Below, one piece after another: positions 55,582 to 64,000 of a stretch of 64,000 bases of DNA. Position 1 is the stretch's first letter. Each line of letters opens with the position of its first letter. This DNA is from Planctomycetota bacterium (GTDB taxonomy: Bacteria > Planctomycetota > GCA-002687715 > CAIWVZ01). Made by a program: the position numbers and the translations under genes. Below the pieces are notes generated by a model that saw only the letters and a program-made list of their open reading frames with translations, had not been told where the DNA came from and did not search any database. The stretch lies in contig JBGANV010000005.1 in NCBI GenBank assembly GCA_044222185.1, forward strand, positions 256,001 through 320,000, written 5' to 3'.

Positions 55582-57045
55582 TCAGGGCTTCCAGGCGGCG
55601 AGGAAACGGATGAAGTCGATCGTCGGAGGAAGGACGGCCAGGCCGAGGCCGACCCAGATCCCGGGTTCGCGTCGGAGCGGTCGCCCGACTCTGAGCGCAT
55701 GGAGGACGGCGACCCAGAACACGTAGAGCACCACCAGTTCGATGATCCCGCCCACGATCGGTGCGAAGACCGCCACGCCTGGTGACGCGCCCACCCCCTG
55801 GAGCAGCACGTGCACGCCGTACACGGCGACGGAGAACGCGCCCCACCGCAGCACGGTCTTGGAGTGCACCATCGGCGCATCGGGGCGGACCTCGTCAAAC
55901 CCCGTTCGCCTCCAATGGCGCCGCAAGAGGGCGTACCCGGTGATCGCGACGCAGAACGCCAGGATGGCGAGCAGCGTCCACCAGAGCTCGAAGCGCGCCC
56001 GCGAGATGATGCGGCCGTCGGGAAGGCGCTCGGTCGCGAGCATCACCAACGGCATCACCTCGTCGGCCCGCATCACTCGTGGCGTGACCGACTGCATCGC
56101 CGCGAACACGGCGAGGGCCGTCGATACGGATTGGAGGCACGCAACGACCGAGATCCAGAGACCCTCGTCGGAGGGCAGCGCGTCATGCCCGGCGCGCGAC
56201 ACGCCGGCGATACTCCGAATCGCGGTCGCCATGTCGCCCGCCGTCTGGAACCGATCCGACGGCGACGCCGCGAGGGCCCGCGCCACGATCGCGTCGATGG
56301 GCGCGGGTGCGGGCTGGAACGTTCCCACGGGGAGGACGCCCGTCACGAGTTGGTGGAGGAGCACGCCGACGGACCAGATGTCCATCCTCGGATCCGGAGG
56401 CGCCCCACCCGCGAGCGCCTCTGGTGCGAGGTACTGCGGAGTACCGACCACCCCGGACGATCGGGTGACGGTCCACCCCGCGCCGCGGTCGCCGGCGAGC
56501 CGCGCGATGCCGAAGTCGGCGACCTTCGCGTGGCCGGCCCCATCGAGGAGGATGTTCGCCGGCTTGATGTCGCGATGGACGATGCCCTGCGCGTGCGCGT
56601 ATGCGAGGGCATCGCAAATCTCGGCGACGACGGCGAGCGCATGGTCGCGCGACAGCGGCATCCGCGTCGACAACGCATTGCCGTCGACGAACTCCATGGC
56701 GACCCACATCTGGCCGTCGTCCTCACCGGATGCCACCAACCCGACGATGTTGGGGTGCGAGAGCGCCGCGAGGGCGCGCACTTCGCGCTCGAACCGCGCG
56801 CGCGCGTCGGCCTCGCGACTCACGGCCGGGGGAAGGAACTTGATGGCGACGTCTCGATCCAGTCCGCGATGACGCCCACGGTGAACGACGCCCATTCCCC
56901 CGCGGCCGATCTCGTCACCGACTTCGATGAGGCCGCCCACCACGACGGGTTCGATCTCGACGGACAACAAGCACCGCGGACACGCCTCGAACCGTGAAGC
57001 GTTCCAGGAGAAGCCACAACGCGTGCACGTGGGAGCCGGTGTCAT
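55582..57045 (-). CDS. Ser/Thr protein kinase with C-terminal TM domain
   Basis: N-terminal CxxC...CPxC; GRGGMGVV, AIK, HRDIKPAN, DFG, GTPQYLAPE; several C-terminal TMs. Confidence 0.92.
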   Translation of the reverse strand: MTPAPTCTRCGFSWNASRFEACPRCLLSVEIEPVVVGGLIEVGDEIGRGGMGVVHRGRHRGLDRDVAIKFLPPAVSREADARARFEREVRALAALSHPNIVGLVASGEDDGQMWVAMEFVDGNALSTRMPLSRDHALAVVAEICDALAYAHAQGIVHRDIKPANILLDGAGHAKVADFGIARLAGDRGAGWTVTRSSGVVGTPQYLAPEALAGGAPPDPRMDIWSVGVLLHQLVTGVLPVGTFQPAPAPIDAIVARALAASPSDRFQTAGDMATAIRSIAGVSRAGHDALPSDEGLWISVVACLQSVSTALAVFAAMQSVTPRVMRADEVMPLVMLATERLPDGRIISRARFELWWTLLAILAFCVAITGYALLRRHWRRTGFDEVRPDAPMVHSKTVLRWGAFSVAVYGVHVLLQGVGASPGVAVFAPIVGGIIELVVLYVFWVAVLHALRVGRPLRREPGIWVGLGLAVLPPTIDFIRFLAAWKP

Positions 57046-57048
57046 GCG

Positions 57049-57774
57049 TCAGCCGCTCAAGGCGGTGATGAGGTCCGCGATCTCTCGGTCGATTTCGGCC
57101 GGATCGTCCAGTGTCTGGGTCACCAGATCCCGGACGATCTCGCGGAACCGGACCCGTGCCCGGTGGATGAACGCCTTGTACGTGGTCGGTGACAGGTGCC
57201 AGCGGTCCGCAGCCTCGGTGATCGACCCGGACTGGCCGCGAAAAAACTCGACGAACGCCTCGAACGGGCCGACCCGGATGCCGCTCGAGAACTCGGCACG
57301 AAGCTGGTCGAGGGCGCGCTCGATGCTCGTCAGTGCCCACTCGCGATCGAACCCGTCGACGGCGTGCCCCTGCGCGCCGGATGGGGCAAGTTGCTCGGCA
57401 TCCGAGTCATCGATGGAGAACGGGCTCACCCCTCCGCCACGCTTGGCGGCGCGGCGCCGCTCGTGGGCGTGCGCGAGGTGGTTCTCGAAGGCCGTCCGGA
57501 GGTAGCTGCGGAACCGACCGCGCGCGGAGTCCCCGCCCTCGACGAGCGCGGTCTCGACGGCATGCGCACAGAAGTCCTGGACGGCGTCCTTCGAGTCCTC
57601 GACACCGAGGCCGCGGCGGCGAGCGCAGACGAACAGCGGCTTCCAATAGGAGGCGAGGAGGAGCCCGAGCGCGTGCCGGCGCTCTTGTGGCGATCGCCGC
57701 GCTGACCGCACGAGGGTCCAGTGTGTCGAGGGGAAATCCGCACTTCCACCTCCGGTCAGGGTGTCCGGGTTCAT
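57049..57774 (-). CDS. ECF sigma factor, kinase-associated (FPxTxWxLV type)
   Basis: FPSTHWTLV...YWKPL...DAVQDF...RGRFRSYL...AAKRGGG...FDREWA. Ends 3 bp before the kinase start. Confidence 0.88.
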   Translation of the reverse strand: MNPDTLTGGGSADFPSTHWTLVRSARRSPQERRHALGLLLASYWKPLFVCARRRGLGVEDSKDAVQDFCAHAVETALVEGGDSARGRFRSYLRTAFENHLAHAHERRRAAKRGGGVSPFSIDDSDAEQLAPSGAQGHAVDGFDREWALTSIERALDQLRAEFSSGIRVGPFEAFVEFFRGQSGSITEAADRWHLSPTTYKAFIHRARVRFREIVRDLVTQTLDDPAEIDREIADLITALSG

Positions 57775-57884
57775 GAATCGCCGAGTGGCGCCTCGGCCGG
57801 CGCTTCTAACACCGGTCGATCAGGGCCCGGAACGCGGCGCGGTCCGAGACCACGTGATGCGACGGCGCTCGATCGACCTTCACA

Positions 57885-58778
57885 TCACTTCCCGCCGCGC
57901 CCCTTCGGCCGCGCGCGGGGGGCGTGAATCGTGCGGGCGAAGGCAGCCAGGTGCTGGAGGCTGTCGCCGTACGCCGAGTAGGACAGCTCGCGCCGCAGGG
58001 ACTCGGAGAGGCCGCGACCGCCGACGACCATGGCCGTGCCCGCGTCCTCCGCGGCCTTGCGGAACAGGGCGAATCCTGCGGCGAAGCGTGACGGGTCAGC
58101 CACGGACGAAACGCTCAGCCACAAGAGTCGAGGCCGCTCCGCCGCAACCGCCGCCGCCGCCGTGGCCGGCGGGTGTGATGGCCCGTACCACTCGGCGCGC
58201 CAGCCGAGTTCCCGCAGAGTCAGTCCTCCGAGCACGGGAGCAACGGTGTACGGATCACCCTCGAGTGTGAGCCCTATGGCCAGCGGAGCGCCGTCGGGCG
58301 GCGGGCCGATGAGACGTTCGAGTTCGTGCAGCGTACCCATGCAGATCTCGACGGCGCGGTGCTCGACGTAGACCTCGATCGCGTTCTCCTCCCACCGTTT
58401 GCCCAGGTTCTGCATCGCTTCGCCGATGACGCGATCGCCAATCTCCGCCACGCTGCTCCCGCGGAGAAAGAGCCCCAGGATGAGCCGCTCGAAGCCACGG
58501 CGATCGCCAGCCTCCAATGCCAACGCCGCAGCCGGCGCGGCGTTGTCGATGTCGGCGCCGGCGTCGACGACGTCGGCCGTCAGCCCGAGAATCCCCGGAT
58601 CGGCGACCACGCTCCCGCTCGCGCGGATGAACCGGACGACCGCCGCCGGCGTCAGCCGCCGATGCCCGCCAGCCGTGCGCTCGGAGTCGAGGAACCCCTT
58701 GTCGCACCACCGCTTCACGGACGCCTCGCTCACCCCCAGGGCCGAGGCCACGTGCTTGGGAGAAAGTGTCTGACGCAT
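57885..58778 (-). CDS. BldC/MerR-like HTH fused to B12-binding domains (CarH/LitR-like regulator)
   Basis: LSPKHVASALGVSEASVKRW...RTAGGHRR; W-x9-EH motif (WEENAIEVYVEH); Rossmann part LRELGW...G...LLWLSVS...VVGG. Confidence 0.85.
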   Translation of the reverse strand: MRQTLSPKHVASALGVSEASVKRWCDKGFLDSERTAGGHRRLTPAAVVRFIRASGSVVADPGILGLTADVVDAGADIDNAAPAAALALEAGDRRGFERLILGLFLRGSSVAEIGDRVIGEAMQNLGKRWEENAIEVYVEHRAVEICMGTLHELERLIGPPPDGAPLAIGLTLEGDPYTVAPVLGGLTLRELGWRAEWYGPSHPPATAAAAVAAERPRLLWLSVSSVADPSRFAAGFALFRKAAEDAGTAMVVGGRGLSESLRRELSYSAYGDSLQHLAAFARTIHAPRARPKGRGGK

Positions 58779-58788
58779 GGAACCTCCA

Positions 58789-58903
58789 TGAACGAGTTGA
58801 ACGATTCTATTGGCGGCGCCGCGGACTCAAATGGCATTCTCGCGGGATTCTCAGGGGATGCCTGAGCACGGCGACGCCGGCCATGTGAACGTTTTGAACG
58901 CAA
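58789..58903. promoter_or_regulatory. Two pairs of 9-bp-period TGAACG direct repeats (putative operator)
   Basis: TGAACGAGT-TGAACGATT at 58789-58806 and TGAACGTTT-TGAACGCAA at 58886-58903, in the divergent intergenic region. Confidence 0.5.
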
Positions 58904-59048
58904 GAATCGGGCCATGCGCGGCCTGGCGGAGCCCCTGACCGCCTCCGCCGTATGGCGCAGGTCGGTAAACCTTCCCGCCCGCAGTCCAACCGGCAGAATA
59001 CGCCCCGAACGGCTTCGTTCGTCAAGCACCGAAACCCAGGAACCTCAG

Positions 59049-61121
59049 ATGAGCAACCGTCGCAGACTTCCGATTGCCGCCTTGTTCGCATGTGTCGTGA
59101 CCGCACTGCCCGTGCTCGGTCAGGAGAACTTCGAGCTCGGCAAGATGTGGACGTTCGAGAACGCCCCGCTCGACTACTTCGAGAAGGAGCTCGGATTCCG
59201 ACCGACGCAGGAGTGGCTCGATCACGTCCGACTGTCTTCGATCCGCTTCGGGACAGGCTGTTCGTCGTCGTTCGTCTCGCCCCGCGGGCTCATCATGACC
59301 AACCATCACTGCGTACGGGATTACGTCGCGCAAGTGAGCCCGAAAGACAAAGACTGGGTGCGTGACGGCTTTTTTGCCCGATCGCTCGCCGACGAAGTGC
59401 GGGTCCCTGGACTGACGGTTCAACAGGTCGTCGCCATGGAAGACGTCACGGCGAAGATCAACGAAGGCATCAAGGCGGGAGATTCGGACGACGCAATCGC
59501 AGCCAGGCGGGCGAAGAACGAGGCTGCGGTGATGGAAGCGGCGACCAAGACCTACGCCGGCACCAAGCCTCAGATCGTCAAGCTCTACCAGGGCGGGATC
59601 TTCCAGCTCTACGCCTACAAGATCTTCGACGACATCCGGCTCGTGGGCGCGCCCAACCTGCAGACGGCTCACTTCGGCGGCGATCCCGACAACTTCACCT
59701 ACCCACGGTTCGGTATCGACTTCTCGTTCTGCCGCGCGTACGAGGACGGCAAGCCGGCCGACACGTCGAAGCACTTCTTCAAGTGGAGCGTGGAAGGGCC
59801 GTCGGAGGGTGAGCTGGTGTTCGTCACCGGCAACCCCGGATCGACGGATCGCAGTCGCACGATCGCTCAGCTCGAATACATGCGCGATGCGCAGCTCCCG
59901 ATCCGCCGCGCAGGCATCGACCGCCGCATCGAGATCCTCCAGGAGTGGGCAAAGAAGGGCGCCGACGAGGAGAAGGCCGTTCGCACGGAGATCCTGCGAA
60001 ACCAGAACGGACAGAAAGCCTTCCGTGGGTATCACGGCGGGTTGCTGGATCCGGAGCTGATGAAGCGCAAGCAGGTGGCGGAGGCCGCGTTCAAGGAGAA
60101 GGTCAATGCGAATCCCGATCTGAAGGCGCAATTCGGGAACGTCTGGGATCGACTCGAGGAGATCTGCAAGCAGAAGACGGCGCTCGAACCGGCACTTCGC
60201 TTCCAGACGCCCGAGGGATTCACGCTGCTGACCGTCGCATGCCAGATCGTGCGCGCCGCGGACGCGAGCGTGCCGGCCGAGCGGCGCGAGCAGAACAAGC
60301 GGAACGCCATGGCGGTCGACGTCAAACAGTCGCCCTACGACTACGAGACGTACGCGGACCTGCTGGCGCGCGCCGGCAAGTGGCTGCCGAAGGACGACCC
60401 CTTCCTGAAGGCCATCCTCGGCGGCAAGGAGCCCATGGCCGCCGTGAAGGCGATCCTCGATGGCTCGAAGCTCGGTGACAAGGCACAGGTGAAGGAGCTG
60501 CTCGACGGCGGCGCCGATGCCGTGGCGGCCTCCGGCGATCCCGCGATCGTCGTCGCCCGCGTGCTCGCTCCGCTCTTCGCTGCGAATCAGGCGCGCAACG
60601 CCAAGCTCGTGGCTGACGAGGGCGTCCAAGGCGCGCGCATCGGCCAGGCACTCTTCGCCGTGTACGGCAAGAAGATCGCCCCCGACGCAACGCTCACGCT
60701 CCGCCTCGCCGACGGCATCGTGAAGGGTTTCCCCATGAACGGGACCATCGCCCCGTGGCGTACGACGTTCTACGGGATGTATGGCCGCAACGTGGAGTTC
60801 GAGAACAAGCACCCCTTCGACCTGCCGCCCATCTGGCTCGAACGTCAGGCGAAGATCGACCTGAAGAAGAGCGTCGACTTCGTCAGCACCAACGACATCA
60901 TCGGCGGCAACTCGGGGAGCCCCGTGATCAACAAGAAGCACGAGGTCGTCGGACTCGTGTTCGATGGCAACATCGAGAGCCTCCCCAACCGCTACCTGTA
61001 CCGCGACGACGTCCCGCGCACCGTGTCCGTCCACACGGACGCGATCATGGAGGCGCTGCTGAAGGTCTACGATGCCTCGGCGCTCGCCGACGAGCTCATG
61101 GGCAAGGCCGGGTACAACTGA
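59049..61121 (+). CDS. S46 family dipeptidyl peptidase
   Basis: Signal peptide; GKMW, GCSSSFVSPRGLIMTNHHC, FGGDPDNF.YPR, DIIGGNSGSP, FDGNIES. Confidence 0.95.
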   Translation: MSNRRRLPIAALFACVVTALPVLGQENFELGKMWTFENAPLDYFEKELGFRPTQEWLDHVRLSSIRFGTGCSSSFVSPRGLIMTNHHCVRDYVAQVSPKDKDWVRDGFFARSLADEVRVPGLTVQQVVAMEDVTAKINEGIKAGDSDDAIAARRAKNEAAVMEAATKTYAGTKPQIVKLYQGGIFQLYAYKIFDDIRLVGAPNLQTAHFGGDPDNFTYPRFGIDFSFCRAYEDGKPADTSKHFFKWSVEGPSEGELVFVTGNPGSTDRSRTIAQLEYMRDAQLPIRRAGIDRRIEILQEWAKKGADEEKAVRTEILRNQNGQKAFRGYHGGLLDPELMKRKQVAEAAFKEKVNANPDLKAQFGNVWDRLEEICKQKTALEPALRFQTPEGFTLLTVACQIVRAADASVPAERREQNKRNAMAVDVKQSPYDYETYADLLARAGKWLPKDDPFLKAILGGKEPMAAVKAILDGSKLGDKAQVKELLDGGADAVAASGDPAIVVARVLAPLFAANQARNAKLVADEGVQGARIGQALFAVYGKKIAPDATLTLRLADGIVKGFPMNGTIAPWRTTFYGMYGRNVEFENKHPFDLPPIWLERQAKIDLKKSVDFVSTNDIIGGNSGSPVINKKHEVVGLVFDGNIESLPNRYLYRDDVPRTVSVHTDAIMEALLKVYDASALADELMGKAGYN

Positions 61122-61193
61122 CGCCGTGGGCGATCGCGCGCGTCGCCCGAAGGTGACGCGCGCGCGGCCCGCGTGCACGCGCGAGCGTCGACC

Positions 61194-62505
61194 TCAATAA
61201 CCGAAGATGAAGGTGCGCTCGGCGTTCGTGAGCCGCGGCCCGGGCGGCGTGTCGACGATGGCTTGCAGGTCCACTTCGAGTCCGGCGAGGGGCGCGAATG
61301 ACGCGGGCAGCGAACCGGCCACGTCCGCAGCACCCGCCGGATCGAAGCTTCCGCCGGCGAGCTGCACGAGCCCGCCGAGATTCAGGAAGATCGTGCCATA
61401 GGGCGGAGCCGGTACCGGATTCAGCGAGGTGGAGGCGAACAGCAGCCAGGCACCGTTCGGAGCCCCGCCCAATGCGATGTGCAGTGGCCTGCCGGGCCGC
61501 AACGGCTCCGTGACCGCGAGTCGCCGCGAGCGGTTGATGAGCAGGCTGTACCGTCCGCCGGACGGTGCAGTGCCGGAAACGTTCCGGAAAGACGTGAGCA
61601 GATCGACGTCGCCGTCGACGTCGACGTCCGCCAGCTGGAAGTGCGGCGCGTCGCTGACCGGCAGCGTGAACGTGCCGATGGTGGCCCCGCCCAGATCGGT
61701 CGTCGCGTAACCCGAGGCGGTGATCGTGTCGAGGTCGCCATCCAGGTCGAAGTCGAACGATCGGACTTCGGAGGCCGGATACCGTGCGGAGATTCCCGTG
61801 AGAACCTGCCCGACGAGCGCCCAGCTTCCAACCGGCGATTGCTGATAGAGGCGATCGTCGAGGTAGACATCCAGGATTCCGTCCCCCGACAAGTCGACGA
61901 GCGTCGGGGCCACGGCGCTGACCGACGGGAGGCCGGGAGCTGCGGTGAAGTTATTGATGCCGTCGTTCAGAAGGAGCTGCGACGTCGTGGCAGCGACGAC
62001 GAGATCCACGTCCCCGTCGTCGTCGACGTCGCCGGCAACGACGCCGAGCGGGTCCGGAAGGCTCGTCATCGACCACGAGGTCGTCGTCACCGTCCCCGTC
62101 CACATCGGCCGAGGTGAGCCGCAGCGGGAAGGCTCCGGGAGATGCTCCGAGCGGTGCGACCGAGGCTCGCCAGGTGAAATGGCCGAGGCCGTCATTGTCG
62201 GCAAGAAGGAGTCTGGCCGTTCCCCCGACGTCCTCGAACGCTGCGATCTCGAGACGTCCGTCGCCGTCGAAATCGTCGAGCAGGGGCCCGCCGAGCAACG
62301 GCCGACGTGCAAGTCGCCCGAGCGAGGTCACGAACCCACCGCCTCCGTCGTTGAAGCAACCGATGAAGTCGGGGCTGACCTCCTGGTCAGTGACGAGCGG
62401 TCCCACCGGCGGCCACCCCTGTGCTCGCGCGGCAGCGAGCCCGCTGCAAACCGTTCCCGCGACACGCATGCTCCGCGCCAGCCGGGACCTTCCTTCGCAA
62501 GCCAT
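61194..62505 (-). pseudogene. Frameshifted FG-GAP/VCBS repeat secreted protein with shared C-terminal domain
   Basis: DFDGDG and DVDGDGDDDL lie in one frame (ORF 61951-62583); DVDDDGDVDL, DLSGDG, DFDLDGDLD and DVDVDGDVDL lie in another (ORF 61194-62312). The switch is near 62060. C-terminus ...LAGLEVDLQAIV...GPRLTNAERTFIFGY. Confidence 0.7.
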
Positions 62506-62640
62506 GATCGTCACCGCAATTCGACGGCCCAGAGGCCGTCGGCGTCCTCGTTCCGCCATGCTGCAGAGCCGATCGAGCGGCACCCGTTTTCCTGAAACGA
62601 GTTTCTCGACCGCGATCGAGTTGGCGCGGTGCCTGGGGCG

Positions 62641-63375
62641 TCAGTTCCGAGTCGCCACGGGCGCGACGCGGCCGTCGACGGCCCCTGCCCGCTGGGCCGC
62701 GGACGATCGGGACGCTTCGGCGGCCTTGCTCAAAAGCATGCGTCGCCACGTCGCAGCGAGTTCGGGCACGCACGCGAGGTCGGCCGCGAGCAGCCACGCG
62801 TCGTTCGCCTGCTCCATCGTCCGCGCGCAACGCTCGATGGTCCAGAACGGGTGCGGTCGAGCCACGAGATCCACGGGCAGCCCGGCGACGAGATCACCGG
62901 GCGCGATCACGCGCGCGTACCAGCCGGGGCGACAGGCCTTCGCCACGCGCGCCACCATGTCGCCCATGCGGAACTTCCGCGCAAGCGTGTGACACGGCTG
63001 CCTCGGATGCGACACCTCCAGGAGCACCTCGCCGATCCGGTAGCGATCACCAAGGCAGACCGTACGCTCGATCAGTCCATCGACGACGAGGTTCTCGCCG
63101 AAGGACCCGTATTCGAGCGCCGGTATCCCAAGCTCGTCGCGCCAGGTCGTGTAGTGGGCCGCCGCGTACATGAGCACGGCCTTGTCCGGACCGCCGTGGC
63201 TCGCGCTCACGTGGCCGTCGCCTGCGAGCCCCGTCACCGAAAGATGCACGGCGCCGCTGACCGCCGTCTTGTGGATCCCGCTCGTCCACGGCTGGTCGAA
63301 CGGGTCGGACGCTCCCTCGAACCCGAGCCGGCGCGGTTGACCCACCTGGATGGAAAGGAGCGTCGCAGTCGTCAT
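62641..63375 (-). CDS. yiiM: MOSC domain + 3-alpha domain protein (YiiM-like)
   Basis: GGGGAG RBS; SGIHK, GLAGD...HGGPDKAV, GSFGENL, VCLGD, EVSHPRQPC, GWYARV. Confidence 0.92.
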   Translation of the reverse strand: MTTATLLSIQVGQPRRLGFEGASDPFDQPWTSGIHKTAVSGAVHLSVTGLAGDGHVSASHGGPDKAVLMYAAAHYTTWRDELGIPALEYGSFGENLVVDGLIERTVCLGDRYRIGEVLLEVSHPRQPCHTLARKFRMGDMVARVAKACRPGWYARVIAPGDLVAGLPVDLVARPHPFWTIERCARTMEQANDAWLLAADLACVPELAATWRRMLLSKAAEASRSSAAQRAGAVDGRVAPVATRN

Positions 63376-63526
63376 CTTCTCCCCTATCGGCGCGGGACTG
63401 TAGCGCAGCGCACCCCGTCGTTTGCTTGCGGGCTTTCGGGCTTGGCCGTAAGAACGCAGGCCCCGCTGGTCGAAAACAGCGTCGAAGCCGATCGTGGCCG
63501 CCCGCGAGCCCCCGCCCACCGAGCCC

Positions 63527-64000
63527 ATGCGAAAGCCCGAGAGAAACGCCCCGGCCGCACCGCCACCGGTGACACCGTCACCGGCTCCGCCGGCGCTCCC
63601 AGCCGACGGCCGGGTTCGAGGGCTCGTGTCCTGGTCGATGAGCGGACTCTTCGTCGCGTTCATCTTCGCCGTGGGGATCACCGACGTGGCTTCGCCCGTG
63701 GCTCTACCCAAGCTCGCCGGGGATGAGGCTGCACGAGAGGAGACGCGGCGCGAGGCCGCGCGGGGCTGGAACGGGTTCTTCGACGGCTCCATGGCGGATC
63801 TCTTCGGCCGCGACCGACGGATGATGTCGCGCGTGCGATCGATCGTGCTTCCGACGTACGCGGTCACGCTCTTCCGCTGGTTCGGCGAGACGAAGGGCGA
63901 GGCCGTCGTCGGAAGCGACGGCTGGATCTTCCTGCGGGACCGCATCGCGCCCCGCTCCGAGCCCCGCGACGTCCTCATCGGGTCGAGCGCAGCCGTCCTT
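63527..64000 (+). CDS. AlgX/AlgJ-like polysaccharide O-acetyltransferase component, runs off the right edge
   Basis: Not in the ORF track. Open from ATG 63527 to the edge: MRKPERN...TM (GLFVAFIFAVGI)...FFDGS...LFRWFGETKGEAVVGSDGWIFL, matching the VVG.DGW(L/I)F motif. Confidence 0.65.
   Translation, partial: MRKPERNAPAAPPPVTPSPAPPALPADGRVRGLVSWSMSGLFVAFIFAVGITDVASPVALPKLAGDEAAREETRREAARGWNGFFDGSMADLFGRDRRMMSRVRSIVLPTYAVTLFRWFGETKGEAVVGSDGWIFLRDRIAPRSEPRDVLIGSSAAVL

Overview
GC-rich bacterial DNA, most likely an uncultured Planctomycetota lineage (inferred from two ECF-sigma/Ser-Thr-kinase pairs and many Sec-secreted modular proteins). In order, the window holds: the start of an MbtH-like gene, a Wzx-like flippase and an SGNH hydrolase; a large Ig/NHL secreted protein; a PPTase coupled to a NagZ(GH3)-serine hydrolase fusion; a decayed toxin-antitoxin pair and a chimeric duplicate ORF; a DEAD-box helicase and a HAD hydrolase; a full moxR-DUF58-batABCDE operon with an inserted PPIase; a GT4/aminotransferase pair that both lack key catalytic residues; a c-di-AMP riboswitch upstream of a KimA-like K+ transporter; a cobN-like/exbB-like/DUF2149 (hmuSUV-like) module; two ECF/kinase modules; a BldC-like HTH/B12-binding regulator with 9-bp-period repeats upstream; an S46 peptidase; a broken FG-GAP gene; a MOSC protein; and the start of an AlgX/AlgJ-like gene. 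Strongest unexplained signals: (1) four or five unrelated secreted proteins share a C-terminal domain ending ...LQ...G..[VL][ST]N..., a candidate secretion or surface-sorting signal, and almost every predicted signal peptide is followed by Gln; (2) a double-hairpin REP-like repeat family with covarying stems; (3) the paired putative pseudoenzymes; (4) the His-to-Tyr CarH-like regulator and its putative operator. All calls come from reading motifs by eye; no database search was run.
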